DNA of 64,000 nucleotides from Gonapodya sp. JEL0774 (lineage: Eukaryota), in assembly GCA_027604505.1 (NCBI GenBank), contig JADIIX010000060.1, positions 62,001-126,000 on the forward strand, given 5' to 3'. Numbering within the stretch: the first letter of the stretch is position 1; each line of letters starts with the position of its first letter. Shown here in pieces: positions 23,801 through 38,312 of this stretch. Below the pieces are notes generated by a model. It was not told the DNA's origin. It saw only the letters and a program-made list of their open reading frames with translations, and searched no databases. A program made the position numbers and the translations under genes.

Positions 23801-26800
23801 CCATTCTGGAGCGAAATTTCTCGTTCCTGCAGAAAGGAACACAACGGAAGAACATTCCAAACTTACAAAATGCTATGATGGAGCTCAGAAAGTGTTGTAT
23901 CCACCCTTTTCTCTTGAAAGGTGCAGAGGAAACCATCTTTGCAGAGACTAATGCTCAAAATCCAATGAAGCAGTTGCAAGCCATGATCGACAGTTCAGGA
24001 AAGCTTGTGCTTGTAGACAAGCTTTTGAAGAAGCTTCGGGCGGGAGGACACAAGGTGCTTATATTCTCCCAGATGACGCGATGTTTGGATATATTGGCCG
24101 ATTATCTGCATGGAGTGGGTTGGAACCACGAGCGTATCGACGTGAGTGCAGCCAACTGTATTCCCAGAGTCACCTATCTCATCCATGTATGTTCAGGGCA
24201 CCATTCGTGGTGATGTCCGCCAAGCCGCCATCGATCGCTTCCAGCGACAAAATGACACTTTTGTCTTTCTTCTTTGCACACGGGCCGGGGGAGTTGGAAT
24301 CAATCTCACAGCTGCTGATACGTATGTATTTGCAAATCGTCCGTTGGGCTTTAACTGTTAACATTGATATACCGCTGCCCTAAGGGTTATCATTTACGAC
24401 TCTGATTGGAATCCTCTCAACGATCTTCAAGCCCAAGCCCGTGTCCATCGCATCGGTCAGACGAAGCCAGTTCAGATTTATCGACTAGTGACGTCGAATA
24501 CTTATGAGAGAGAAATGTTTGATCGTGCTGGACTGAAACTTGGGTTGGAGAGAGCTGTTCTTCAGAAAATGGACCAGGCCGGCGGACCTCCGAATGCGGA
24601 CGGACCTCCTGACATGACTGCACAGGAAATCGAATCTTTGCTCAAGAGAGGTTTGTTTCTGTGGCATTCATCCACGTCTATCTTCCATGTCTTCATCGTT
24701 CGTTTTAACAGGTGCGTATGGTGCAATCATGGACGATGAAGACAGCCAGAACTTCGTCGAAGAGGACATTGATCAGATTCTGGAGAAGCGATCGACAGTT
24801 GTCAAGCACAGCTTTGCAGGAGAGAAAGGATCAGTGTTCTCAAAAGCGACGTTCGCATCGCGAGGCGCGGAGGAGGACATTTCCCTCGACGATCCATCTT
24901 TCTGGGAAAAAATCGCGCAGAAGGGGAAACTTAAGATCGAAAACGAGCCCGAAGAGTGGAAAAAGAATTTGGTTGATGGTGAGATCAGATTGTTTGATGA
25001 TAGAATCGAACCTTGCCAACCAGGCAAAAACTCTATGTCAATACGCAGGCCCTCGCAATCGACCTCCACCTGAGAAAGTTCCAAACGAGCTGGAAGCGCC
25101 ACATTCACCCACTCAATTTAGCGAAGATGACGATGGTCAGTACTGAAATCACAAATTCGTTATTATCTCTAGGGTTCATCTTGTTCTTTTGGGAATTTTA
25201 GAGGTCTGGACTCAGCCACGACGAAAGCATGGAGGAGGTTTCCAGCCGTCTGTGTGGAGCCAAACCAAAAAGGTCCTATTGGAGCGTCTCATTATGATTT
25301 GGGGTCTCTCCAACTTCCATCGGTGGCTGAGTGAGTTTGTGTGCAAGAAACTTAGTATATTATTTGATTCATATCCCCTGCATTTGAATTAATGTTGCAG
25401 AACCGCTTAAGGATCGTTCTCTGAACGACGTAAAAGCGTGTGCTCGTGAATGTCTACGCTTCGTACTGGCCTGTGAACTGAAGGTTTGTGTTTTCACTCA
25501 GCATCCGCCCTGTGTCATAGCAAGTTTAGAACACCCCTTTCAGCCTCCAGTGGATCCTGAAATCATAGACGATGTCCATGCCTACCTCGACCTTGATGAG
25601 ACGAAACCTATGGACGAGAGAGGGAAGGTTCTTGCAACTCCGGCGCCAGGTGAACCGTATTATCGGGCCACGAAACAGCAAATTGTTGAGTTTCGGTCTT
25701 TCATCTTGGATTCTCCTGAGGATTACAAGGACCATCTTCGCAAGAAGGCACGGAACCTCCTTCTTCGAGTGCAGATGATCTATTTTCTGCGGCAAAAGAT
25801 TGCTCCATACAAAGGTATGCCGATGCCAGAGCTTAAAGCCGCACCACCGGTACCGTGGTGGACTTCGGACGATGACAGAGACATGTTGATTGGGATAGTA
25901 AAACACGGATACCAAAAGTGGGATGAAATCAGGTAAGAGATCATGTCCTCTTTGATTCTTACGTAGTTGAACATTCGTCTCATTGATTTCGAATAGGAAT
26001 GATCCCGAACTTCGGTTTGCGCGGCGCAAGTATACTTTCAAGAAGCCTTCTGGTCCTTCGAAAGGGGAAGACGACGATGACTACGACATGGGGACCGGTC
26101 ATGACGACGACGCAGAAGAGTCCCGAGAATCAATTAACGGCATTGGAATGAAGACAGAGTCCAGTCATCCGAAACCCGAAGGAGTCTCTAGAATCGAAAC
26201 CAGCAGCTCCGATATCTTAGATGGTTCTGATGAGCAGCCTCTGTTATGGCCGGACCCCTCAGACTTTGGTCTTCGCGTCCGGAAGGTAGTGAACTCTTTC
26301 CAACGGCAGTTTGCCACTGAGGCAAAGGAACGTGCCAGAGAAGAGGCGAAAATGTCCAAAAAAGCCCGCAAAAGTGAACCCAGGGTGAAAAAGGGACTGA
26401 ACGACTTGACCAAAAGCGAGCGACAAGCGTTTCAGCGGACCTTGGTGGCTTATGGAGTGCCAATCCGGCACGACGCGCGAGGAAATGTGGTTCTGGTTAA
26501 CGGAAAGGAAGTACCGGATTGGGAATCTTTCAAAATAGTTGCCAATTTGTCCGAGAAGTCGGATGAGGCGGTTAACTTGTACTACGAAGAAGTCCTCCGG
26601 AAGTGCAATGATGTGTTGGAGAAGATGCACGCGCAAGGAAGTGTTGCGGATGGCGATGTTGACGAAGAAAAGATGGGTGGTAAAGTCGACCGGGACATTG
26701 ATGCATTTACAGTCGACAAAGCCTCCAGGTGAATTACGAGTAGTTTGTCATGAGTTCTCGCAAGTGCGTTCCCTAATGGATGCCCCATTTTCCACACGTG

Positions 26801-28872
26801 TCAGAATTTTGAATCGTATTCGTCTGTTTGATCGACTCCGGCGAGAGGTACTGCGGCATGCTGATTTAGAGGAGATCTTACGCAATGTAAAGAGGCACGC
26901 GAGGTCGGGACTTCCTCAGTAAGTATCTATCTTCTCTCGTGATATCGTATATGCTTTCAACTGAATTTTGATGTCGTAAAGATGGTGGGAAGTCGGTGAG
27001 CATGATACTTCTTATTTGCGCGCAGTCGCTCGATACGGTGTTTTACGAGTTGACTTGATCACAACGGGTGAGGAAACTGTTGGAAACCGACGGTCCACTG
27101 CATTGGCTGAAGCGAAGTGCAACATTTTAAGACCCGGATCTTCCCTTTAAACGCCTCCTCGAGTCCCAACGGAAAGACATGAATCGAAAGCTGAAGGATC
27201 GCAATGGTCCCGACGAACAAGAGACTGAAGTCTCCGTGGACAGTAACCCCGTAAAGGAATCAGAGTGGATGCGAGAAATGGTGGCTTTCCGTCGCATTGA
27301 GGCTCTCGTCCAATCCGTTTGGGAGCACGATCATCCTGGTACAGTTGCAGCAGGCTCTCGAGGAGCACCACAGCGGCCGGAGTTCAACCGTAAACGTAAA
27401 TCAACTCGACGTGAATCACCAATTCTAGACGATGGCGAACCAGACTTGGATGAGTTAGCGCGTCTTGAGCGTCGACGAGAGTTGGAACGGGACAGAAAAC
27501 GACAGAAGAGGGCAGCAGAACGAGAGAGAGAGCGGAGGGAAGCAAGGGAAGCGGCTCAGGGACTTGTTAGAGAGGCCGGGGAGATGCTGAGAAGAGCGAA
27601 GGAGGGTGAGACAGTGGGAGGTGTGCCGGGACTGGCAGGTATCCTAGGGTTTAAGAGTGGTGATCAGCAATCGCTATTGGTCTCCGAAAGAACTGATCCA
27701 GGTGATGAGGTATGTACGCCGTGTGTTCCTGACTTGTTGGTGCACGTGTTCATACTTCCTACCTCTAGAGTGATTCCTCCTCCTCCTCGTCGCTCACAGA
27801 CTTGGAAGCTCTGGAGACCGCTGGCTCTTATTCGTCGTATGGGAGATCTCCTAGCTCTACTTCCTTAGGGACTGTCAACCCTCCGTCTGGCGACGCCATT
27901 TCACCCCAACAATACCCTTCGACCTCTTCTTCAGCACCCCCTCCCAACACCAAGATTCGAATCAAGCTTGGGGGCGGAGGAGGGAAAGCTTTGACCCCGC
28001 AGACTACCCACAACTCATCCACAACAGTGTTGGTTCTATCGAATGATTCGTCGGGTGCCCTTCCGCACAAGCGCACCCCCCCCATTGCTGCGACCCAGCA
28101 ACAAATGCAACAGCCTTTTCGAGCACCCTCTATACCATATAATCCTGTTGCTAGGGCACCAGGTTATAACGCTCCATTGCCGGTTCTGGCGGATTCTCAA
28201 GGTTTTAGCAGTGCGACTGGATCGAATATCAGCTTGCCTTTGACCCAATCGTCAATCGGCACTCCTTCTGCCATATTTCCAAGCTCAAACTTAACCTCGG
28301 AAGGTTTGCCGTCATCCTCATTGCAGCTAAGGGAACCGCTCCGGGACCCAGCACCTCAGTTGAAACACAGCGATGGGCCAGGTGGATTTCCGAGCAGCAT
28401 TCAAAGCGGCGTACCTCCCACTGGTGTTCCTCCCAGTGAGCAATACCCTATGACAATGTTGACGCCTTCAGATCTTCCCAGTGGGATGTCTTTGCGTTCC
28501 CCCGTTGCAACCTTAGCCTTCCCAAACAGTTCCGGACGGGTCCCTGGCTATGCCGCACCCGGTGGCTCCGCGGGGCTCGTACCACCTTCTCTTTCACATC
28601 TTAGCCATACATCTCCAACGGCGTCTGTACAATTGCCTTCTTTTGGTCACGGGGACAACCGAGCCTACGTGCCGGCCGCCACAACTGCCGGTGGTGGCAT
28701 TATGGGCAACACTCATGCGGACTTCGACTCAACCGCGAAAGCGGAGAAGAGAAAGCACTCTCACGACGATTATATGTCGGAGGGACATGGAGCTGAACTT
28801 GGCTCGGTTAGTGGTGGCGAGAAAAGAGTCCGAGGAGAAAGGCTTGATGGCCCCGGGTACATTGTGGAATGA
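20802..28872 (+). CDS. CHD7: Chromodomain-helicase-DNA-binding remodeler, CHD6-9/kismet subfamily
   Basis: Tandem chromodomains ([31 protein letters not shown]). SNF2 ATPase: [45 protein letters not shown]. Subfamily-III-like segments [26 protein letters not shown] and [24 protein letters not shown]. Confidence 0.9.
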
Positions 28873-29188
28873 GTTTCCTGTCGAGATCTCGCTCAAATAT
28901 GGGCTTGCTATGCATTTTTAGATACGTTCACATCCCAAAGAAGTCATGAGTAACATGTATGTCTCCGTCAATGCTGATGGTCGTTGTGAGTCACACAACA
29001 AGCATCACACGATCGCAATGCTATAAATTTCCAATGTGGCCATGTTTGCATGTTTGATGGAGCAGTCACCGTATTTTTGAAAGTTGAGTTACATATGCGT
29101 GTGGTCCCACCTCGCTGCATCAGAACCAATTTGATTGTGTGCTGCACCCCATAATTTCACATACATTACCGTCGCTTTTCCGGCATTG

Positions 29189-32100
29189 ATGGGAGATACT
29201 GGAGTCGGCACCGGAACCACAGGCGCGGGGGGGATGGGTGCCATGGGTTCATTGGGAAGCGGCGGCAATGGGAATGGCAATGGGGGTGTTGGCGTGGGCG
29301 GGTCAAGTCCAGGAACTCAAGCGTACACGCTCCCAGGGGTGCTTCATTTCATGCAGGTCGAATGGCGGCGATTTGAACGGGAGCGCAACGAATGGGCCAT
29401 CGAGAGGAATGAACTTAGGGTGAGTACCCAGTCCTATTGGTGAAGGTTCAAGCCCCAGAAGATCACAATAAGAAGACCAGAAATCATGGAAGAATATCAC
29501 AACTTGTCAAAATGGGCGTCGATGAGTGGCAGTGTTTCTTGCATGAACGGATTGAGTTTGAAGTCACGAGAATCGTGCAATGGCTGGCGATGCACAAGGA
29601 GCGCAGTCGAACAGCTGAAAGAGTTTGTACCTGGTGAATATTCTGAGGACGGGAGCTCTCTACGTTTCTTGTGACATAGCTCTGTGCGTGGCACACAGTC
29701 GAAGGATGTTGGAAGTTGTCAGGTTCAAAAGGGACACAACCAAACGTGCTTCTGGGGCAGTGTTTGCCCAACTCTCACTTGCTGTCACGGATTCGCGTTG
29801 CTTCTTCGCCTGTCCGGCGCACCATGTGCTCTTTCCAGTGGTGGCATTTGACTTTATATCTTTTGGGAAATGAATCTCTTTTTAACCATTCATATCTCAC
29901 TGTCCGCTACCTGACTGCTTCTCCTTCATTTTGCACGCCATGGACTTCCTGTACAACATTTTGGTATCACTGCTGATTCAATTGGCAAATAATGCACCTC
30001 CCTTTTTAAGGCACGTGTTGGCTCGCTAGAAGGGACCAACCGCGGGCTAGAGCAGCTGAAAACAGATATGACGCGTCGCGTTAAAATGTTGGAGTTTGCA
30101 TTGAGGCAGGAACGGTCGGTATTTCTTGGTTTGGAATGGCCTTCGATCACTTCCGTTGCTTGTTTTCACGTCTCTGCTCACATTCCAGTGCGAAGTATCT
30201 CCAGCTTCAAACACTTCAATCATCTCCTTCTACGGCATCACTTCCCACCTCAGAGACTCCTGCTCCATCTTCGCAAACCGAAATCGCTTCGTCCCTCATT
30301 CCCCCCACAACAGTAACCCCGCCAGTGAGAGTAATCGACCGTGCATCAACCTTTGGGCCTGTCTCCACTCTCGCACCGCCTGACCGACCACCAACGTCTG
30401 CCCCGGACCGGCCGGGGACAGCGTTTGAAGGACTCGGTGGTGGTGGAGGCACGTTCTTGAAATATTCCAAAGGGTGGGGAACAGTGAGAAGCCGGGAAAT
30501 ACTCCGAAAGTGAGCATCATGATTTGCTTTTCATATTAGTATGATGCTCACTTCCATGCTCCGCTGGCTGCATCATCCTGAACTCCAGTTACCTCCAAGA
30601 GGCGGACCACCTCTCCACACTTGCTGCACCTGTTCCTGCGTCCTCTTTCTCCACTTCCGCAACCTCCTCTCCTGATGACCTCACCGGACGGTTCTCCGGC
30701 GTATCGACGGAACCGATTCCCCGTGCTCGGTCTGCTCCGAGAAGCTCCTCAATGAGAACCCAACCCGCTGCTCCTCCTCCGCAACCAAGCGCCACTCCGG
30801 GTGCAGCATCACAGTTACCACCTGCTCGCGCTCCTCAACCACCTGCGCGACCTATCTCAAATCGAGTTGACGAGCAACTACCTACCACTTCTTTGGATGA
30901 TGTCATCGATGATGTGGACTCTGATATTTCAAGTCACGGCTCTGGACGCCGTATGTCTGACTCCGCATCCTCGGATGGAGGGTTTTCTGACGATGGAAGT
31001 GATACTGGGACTGTTGTGAATGGAAGCAGTGGCAGACGAGGGGAGAAGCGGGGACGAGATGACGAAGAAGATAGCGAGGGTGGACGGTCGAGAATACTCC
31101 AAGGAAGCGCCACCATGGTCAGAATCGGGAAAGGGGGACAGGGGCTCGCTGGAGTAGTTGCGGCAGTCACAACTGCGAAAGAGGAGGACGTGAGTGGGAC
31201 ATGTTCTAATGAATGAATTTTACATTTAAAAATGCCCGAATATACCTCCAGGAGCTCTCTCGCATCAACCCAGGAAAGCTATCTCGTGCAATTAAGTCTG
31301 CAGATGCCTACACGGAGAACCGACGGCCTGGATCCGCAGGTCCGAATGGCCGACGGGCCAACGGCCGACCAGATGACCTTGCGACTCTTGAACTAGATGA
31401 GGATGACACAGGAGAGGATAAGAAAACAGCAACTGCAGGGACCGCGGGAGATGTTGGAAAAATCTGGAAGCCAAAGTTCGCCCTGAGGAAGTTCGTGTCA
31501 ATGGGGAGATATTCGTTTTCGTTGGTTGACATCCTCATCGTGTTCCTTTGTTGTTGGTGGACTCACTAGCCACTTGGATACTGTGCGCTCTGTCGCGTGG
31601 CATCCTACAGAGCTGGTCCTCTTTTCGGCGGGTGAAGACTCGGTGGCCAAGATGTGGGACCTCCGGCAGTACGGAAATTTGAAAGGAAGGCGGTTGGTTT
31701 TTTTGCAACTGCCCCATCATCTGTTCCCATGTCCATTTTCCCGTTTCCTTTGGTGCTCCTTCATAAAGACCACCGACCGACATCGAACCCACCTACACAT
31801 TTCGGGGCCACACTGCCGCAGTGACGTCGCTTGCGGTTTCTATGTCTGCCGGTCGTACTGTTCTATACACGGGTGGGGCAGATTCCACGGTCCGCGCTTG
31901 GCTTGTGCCATTTGGAGAAGGTGGGAGAGTACGAGAGAGTTACGCCAGCTACCATGGTGAGTTCAGTAGAAAGGGCTTTGTGAAGACCGTAAGGTTCGTG
32001 ATCAATTTTAGATCTGAAATTCGTTACTTGCAACGCAACAGACACGAAAACAAAGCTCCACACTTTTGTCGGCCACTCTGATGCCGTCTGGGACGTCAAG

Positions 32101-32901
32101 CCTCACCCTATCCCCAACCAATACCCCGTCCTTGCTTCCGCATCTGCTGATGGTACGGTCAAGCTGTGGTCTCTTCCTGATGGGTCAGGGGTGGGAGGCT
32201 ACAAGCTGAAGGCAACGCTGCGGCCAACTTCCAAAGCAGCGCCTACTAGCGTGGATTGGTGTCATTACGACCTAACGAAAATTGTAGTGGGGTACACGGA
32301 TGCGACGACCAGGTTGATTGATGTCTCAAGGGTGGGGCAGGAGGGCGACGGGGAAGTGCTGAGATTCGCTCGACCAGATGGTTCTGGTAAGGGCACGCGG
32401 CTGGTTTAGAGTTTCGACTGTTCTGGTTCATGTTCTCTCCGTTCCTTCACCCTTGAAGACGGCCTTCCAAGCTCACAAATCAACCAACTAGTCTCGCATC
32501 CCACCACGCCCTTATGCGTTGCAGCATATGAGGACCGGTACTTGCGATTCCTGGATCTTACGTCGGGAACGTACGCGCATCAAATAGTTGCGCACTTGGA
32601 TGGGGTCGCAACAGTAGACATACATCCTGGCGGGTTGGCTGTGGCATCGGGTGGTGAGTCCCACAAACTGCCGCTTCACAAGGTATCGGTGTTCATCGGT
32701 ATCCTCCTGTTGTCAGGTCATGATTATTCGATTCGTTTCTGGGACATGAATACTCGTGTGTGCTCCCAGGAAATATCAGCTCATCGGCGAAAATACGATG
32801 AAGGGGTGTGGAGTGTTGCTTACCGACCGTCGGTCTATACAGGATGGTTTGCAAGCGGGGGTGCAGACGGTCTGGCGAAAGTCTATACGCTAGAAAGTTA
32901 A
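29189..32901 (+). CDS. STRN: Striatin (STRIPAK scaffold, Far8/Pro11 homolog)
   Basis: YTLPGVLHFMQVEWRRFERERNEWAIERNELR, then coiled coil TRRVKMLEFALRQER, then C-terminal WD40 repeats (SHLDTVRSVAWHP, GHDYSIRFW, HRRKYDEGV, SGGADGLAKVY). Confidence 0.95.
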
Positions 32902-33148
32902 ATTGTTAGTCTGGTAGTGTATGTCAGTAAATGTTGATTTTTTGGCCTCTGGCATGGAAATTAAAATCAGCTGCATGCTCCAGCTGCAGCTGACCGACTC
33001 AGCCACAGACAGGCCGCTGGAATCCTCTCGGCCAAACGTAACGCCGGAACCCCACTAGAAGACTCTGCTTCTTGCCAGCTTTCCATTCACCCACCGTTCT
33101 CACTGCAGTCACTAGGGAGTTTGCCTGCCCTAGTTTCAGAACGCCGAC

Positions 33149-35268
33149 ATGGAAAGTTCACAATTTCTGTGTCCTGGCTTGGGACACTCAATGGCAGAAC
33201 TCTCTTTGGGACCCCCGGACGCGTTTTCGAGACACTCTTCTCGCTTCAACGATTCTACTGCTGCTCGGAGCCGCCGGGTGCCATCGCAGAGAGGCCTTAT
33301 GGTGGTTACTGCTCTTGGAGGTGACGCCGAACCAATGGACGCCGATCCACCTGCTGCTCATGCCGTTTCGATGCCAAGCCAGAGCATGCAAGCTCAGTCT
33401 AAAAATGAAATTGGGAGTCGACCAGGATTGCCCATGAATCTGGTACGTCCTAAACCTGAAACAAAAATGCATATGAAGCTCCAGAACACAACCCCATCCG
33501 CAAATCCGCAAAATACAGCCGCCCTTTTCAAGGGCCCACCAGAGTAGCCATAATATGATGGAAATACAAGAAGTTATTGGTCAGCCAGTCTCGCCCCCCG
33601 TGACTCCCCGAGCAGCAATTGCACAGGCGTACACCGACTCCCAAGGGAGCTTACCGGAACAGAGCATGAACCCATTTGCTACATGCACGCCATTGATGCG
33701 CGATGAAATACTTTACGCCGATGAATTGTCCGAATTCGGGAACAGTCACCTCGCTGCTTTGCGAGATGAGGAGGTAAGGATCATAAAACGATTCTCCTGT
33801 ATCGCCGATCATCCGGTGATTCCGGTCTCCTGCTCCTCGGACATTAGGGGCTGGCTCCTCCTTTGCCCTGTTACATGGACTACCAAAGTGAACTGACGTG
33901 GCGGATGAGACGTACGCTTATTGAATGGCTCTCAGAGGTCCACTGTGAATTCGAGCTTCGACCGGAAACACTGTACTTATGCATTGGAATCATGGATCGG
34001 TAGGAATTTCTTGAAATGCATGAATAGTCAAACCGTATGCAATACTTAACGGTTCCATTTGTTATCAGATACCTTTCGAAGAGAGTTGTTCCGAGGTAAA
34101 TGCCTTTTGAATGAAGAATGCACCTGATTCCACCAATCAATCTCGATTGATTTTTTAGTCTCGAATTTCAGTTACTTGGAGTTACTTCTCTGTGGCTGGC
34201 GTCCAAGTACGAAGAGATACACGGTTGCGCCCCCTGTCTCCGGCAGCTCAGCTATGTCTGCTGGTGAGCCCAGTACGAAAAGCTTGTGTGCTGGCATTCT
34301 GTAGTGGAACCATTTTCGAACGTAGTAACGCCTACCGGCTTGACGACTTCATCCAAATGGAGCTCCGTCTTCTGAGTGAACTCAACTACAGCCTGGCGAT
34401 CCCCATCCCAGAAACGTTCCTCAAACTTCAGTGCTCCCTTCTCTACCGGGATGCTTTGACGCACGTCGCCTCTGGTAGTGCGACGTCTCATAACCCTGCC
34501 TGCGGATGCAACGAAATTGTGATACCGGGAACGCCAATCTCTGATGGATCTCTTCCGTCTCAACTCGAAGACCACATTCCACGCATACTGGCCGTGGCAA
34601 GATATGTATGTGAACTAACTCTTGTTCATAAGAAATTCCTTGCGCGCAAACCGTCCATGGTGGCGACTGGGGCGTTTGTGGTCGCGGAGCGGATTCTCCA
34701 ATGTGGGATTGTGCGGGTGAGCATTCTGTTTGCCCTTTCGAATTTCGATGGAACATGACAGAAAACCGAACCACATCATTGTCATTATCGTTGTCACAAG
34801 AATATCGACGATCCTATGCTTTGGGACGTGATCGAAGATCTCATCACCTGCTGCCGATCCCCGTCACACGTCACTGCACACAAGTACTCCAAATCCTCGT
34901 ACGGACAGGTATCACGGATCGTAGCGACTAGGTGGGCAAGTGGCTTTTATCATCCCGCCTTCTACGTTTGTAGCAACTCATTTCATCGTGTTGTTTGTAA
35001 CGGTGTCAGTCCCCTGGTCCAGCAAACACCTGTTCGGTCCCCCGTGCATCTCGCTCGACCCCTCCCGATCAGTCTACCCACACCCCCACAAGACCGAGAT
35101 ATCGTGTTCCCGGCCACGCCTGCGTCTCTTCTTGGACCGATCGACTGGCACGGAGACTCTGGAGTGGCCGTGGCCGTGGAGGGAATCGGAATGGAGCACG
35201 GTGGGCCTTCAGGAACGAGAGATGTGGAGATGGAGATGGTATTCACGAGCGACGGATGGACCGGTTAA
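33149..35268 (+). CDS. Cyclin (cyclin box; G1/S- or B-type-like)
   Basis: MRRTLIEWLSEVHCEFELRPETLYLCIGIMDRYLSKR, FQLLGVTSLWLASKYEE, FIQMELRLLSELNY. The upstream ORF at 33149 joins in frame through intron 33443-33518. Confidence 0.88.
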
Positions 35269-35619
35269 AACAGTGGGGAGAGTTGGATCGGAAGCTATAA
35301 GAGGAAGAGAAGGGGAGCGCTGAACGAGATGTTTGGGACTTTGATTCCATTTCGTTGATTCGCATACAATGCACGAAGAAATCTTTTCAAAACCGGTCGG
35401 CTGCTTTTATTTGCACTATAATACTGAGGGATTTGCAATTAATCTTGTTACAAAGTAGCCATAGCACCATAGTTTCACGCATAACGTTAATGTATTTTTA
35501 TAATGAAGAGCAGTAAGTTCAAATATTGATCACCGTACGAAGTGCATTTACAGACGACGGAGCGCACCGCTTCGATCCCCTTCATCATCCGACTCCAACC
35601 AACACATCACAGCCTCCCA

Positions 35620-38312
35620 TCACTCTCCTTCCCTCCCTCCACAATCTGCATCAAAAAAAGGGGGAGGAAATGCGCATGTAACCGTGCTTCCCTTTCCAAC
35701 ACCCCACGCGACCGCCCCACCACCACCACCCACCTCGAACGTCTCCGCAAACACCGCGGCCACCTCCTGGACAACGTCCTGGGTCATGACGCCGCGACCA
35801 CGCCGGGAAAACGCCGCACGGGAGCACAGACGGGTCAGGTGGCATGCGGACCAGGCCGCGAGAACGGTCGGGGGGATATCGGTCTGGGGTGGCGGGCTGG
35901 ACGGTGGACGGGCGTGCGGGGGTGTGGGGGTGTGGGGGTGTGGGGGGGAGACCCAAGACCCGGTGAGCTTAGTGCGGGGAAGCACCACCAGTCTCCAAAC
36001 CAAATAATAATAACAAAAAAAACAACAACAACAACAACAACAACAAAAATCCCAAAAGAAATGTAAAGAAAAAATAATTGAACCCACCCATACGCCCCCG
36101 CCCCCGCCTGCACGGCCCAGGCCAGAAACGCCGCCACGGCGCCTGAGAGGACGTCGCCCTGGCCGCCACAGCGGCGAGGGGAGCCCGGAGTTGAGCAGTG
36201 GAGGACTTGGGGGGGCGGGGGAAGGGGGGGATTGTGTGGAAGGATCACGTTCGTCACTTTACGCAAACGAGGTACGTTCGAGGACCCGCATCCGTTCCCA
36301 TATCTCAAACCACCCCGCTTCCTTCTTTCACCTTCCCAACACGCCCCCGCCACGCCGCCGGATCCACCCAACCCCAACCCCAGCAGCCCCCCCAACCCAC
36401 CTACATCCCCGTCCGTCACCACGTCCACGGCGCCCTTCTGGACCACGGTGACGCCGCCGAGGGCGCGGGCGAGGAGGACGGCTTTGGTGGAGGTTGGTGT
36501 CGCTGTGGAGGGTGGGGGTGGCTCGAGGGAGGTGGTGGACGTGGTGGTGGGGAGGGGTGCGTCGGTGGGGATGTTCTGAGGGGTAGGGGAAGGGAAGGTA
36601 GGGGATGGGGTATGCGCGTGAGGGACGGGGGAGGGCATGGCGAGGGGTTGAAACCTCGGACACCGGTTGACACCTGCACGGGCGCGTCCATCCGTGCTCC
36701 GTCCCACGCCCCGGTCCGCGTTCCACCGCCACCACCGCCCGCCCCCACCTCCAACCCACCATCTTCCCACACAATCTCTCAAACTCGGCCTTATTCGGCG
36801 TCACCACACACCTCGGGTACCCCCTGACCACCTCCGGCTCCTCCACAACCACCCCCAGTCCGTCCGCGTCGACCACCAAGTGTGTTCCCGCTTTTCGGGC
36901 CTCGGTCAGGGCCAGGCGGGCCGTGTGGAGCATGGACGGGTCCCGGGAGAGGCCAGGACCGACGACGAGGACGTGCAGGCGGGGGAAAAAGGTGAGGAAG
37001 GGGGGGGGGGGGGGGGGAAGGGGGGGAGGGGTGTCGGTGGAGGAGGTGGAGAGGAGGCAGGGGTGGACGATGAGGTCGGGGGAGTAGGACTTGGGGAGGG
37101 TGGGGCGGGTTTGGTGGAGGAGGGTGGGAGGAGGGGGGATGGGCAGAGAGAGGTGAGGGATGTGACATTCCACCACGCGAGCGCAGGGGTACAAAGCATG
37201 TCCACCAAATGTCCCACCCCACCTCCCACCTCCCGTCACCTGACCGCGGCGTTCAGCGTTCCATCCCCGGTCCCCGCCATATCTCCCACCCGTCCCTGTC
37301 CCTGTCCGACGGCCACTCTCGAGCCCACCTGTCCACGTCCCCGTCCCCGTCCAACGGCCACGCTCGGGTCCACCCTACCCTTATCGGGTCCGTTCCGCCT
37401 CTGCCCGCTCCTCATCTGTACCGCACCGGAACAAGTTGGGTGGGGTGACCCCCACCCGGTCCCGCTGCCATCCCACAACTGCACCCCACACCTACACACT
37501 ACACATTCCCAACACACGCCAACGTACCTTGATAGGCCCCCCGGCTGTCTTTTCGCAGAAGATGTGGCAGAGGTCGGCGCCCTGGGGGTGAGGGGGTAGG
37601 ATGGTTGGGTGGTGAGGGGGTGGGTGAGTGGGGGTAGGGGGTTGGAGTGTGGATTGTGGGATGGCGGGGATCGGAAACGTCACGGTTGACGAGTCTGGGT
37701 GTTCCACTTTGGTACATGACGGGTCCCCAGTGGCACATTAATCGTCCCAACGTGCAACTCACACCCTCCTACTCCCACCCGCCGAAGCCCCCACCCCTTA
37801 CTTGCTTGGCAGCTCCAACCCGATAGTATGACGCTCTACTATGGTACGAGGTGTACGTACCATCCTCAGGCACGTTATGCCAGCGAAGAAGGGAGCGCCG
37901 GTGTACCTGTGGGCAAGAGTGGACCCATAAGGATTGAATTGCGATTTTTGTGCAATGGAGAGAGTCTCGACGGTGAAACACGCCCGTCTTCACCCGATCC
38001 CTTGGCCAGCCCCCCACCCCCCAGAACGCACTCTTCACTTCCGCCGACGATGCCGATCCTGCCTAGGACATTCCAGATATTTAACGCCGGATTCGGATGA
38101 ACAAATTTTTGTATTTTCGGAATGGTTATGGGGATAAAGGAGTAACAAGGAAATCAGAAACAGGGGGAAAGAAGGAGGGAGAGCGTGGAGAGCGGGAGTG
38201 GGGACAGACCAGACTGGCCCTTGTGGAGTGAGTTGGAGTTGAGCGGGGGAATCGATTTGCGGATTGATGCGATGAGCTGTGTGGGTGGGAGCGAAGAAGG
38301 CGAACGCGGCAT
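35620..38312 (-). CDS. NAXD: ATP-dependent (S)-NAD(P)H-hydrate dehydratase (carbohydrate kinase/YjeF-C family)
   Basis: IPPLNSNSLHKGQSG|RIGIVGGSEE|YTGAPFFAG..|GADLCHIFC..|SYSPDLIVHP, LHVLVVGPGLSRD, VVDADGL, VVTPNKAEFERL, VVQKGAVD, GSPRRCGGQGDVLSG. The exact C-terminus is uncertain. Confidence 0.93.
36021..36045. repeat. (AAC)n microsatellite in a NAXD intron
   Basis: About 8 perfect AAC units. Confidence 0.9.
37293..37375. repeat. Imperfect two-copy tandem repeat (about 44-bp period) in a NAXD intron
   Basis: gtccctgtccctgtccgacggccactctcgagcccacc versus gtccccgtccccgtccaacggccacgctcgggtccacc. Confidence 0.7.

Noticed and set aside
33149..33547. Apparent long uORF ending 7 nt before the cyclin ATG
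   Set aside because: A canonical phase-0 intron (33443-33518) joins it in frame to the cyclin, so it is simply exon 1.
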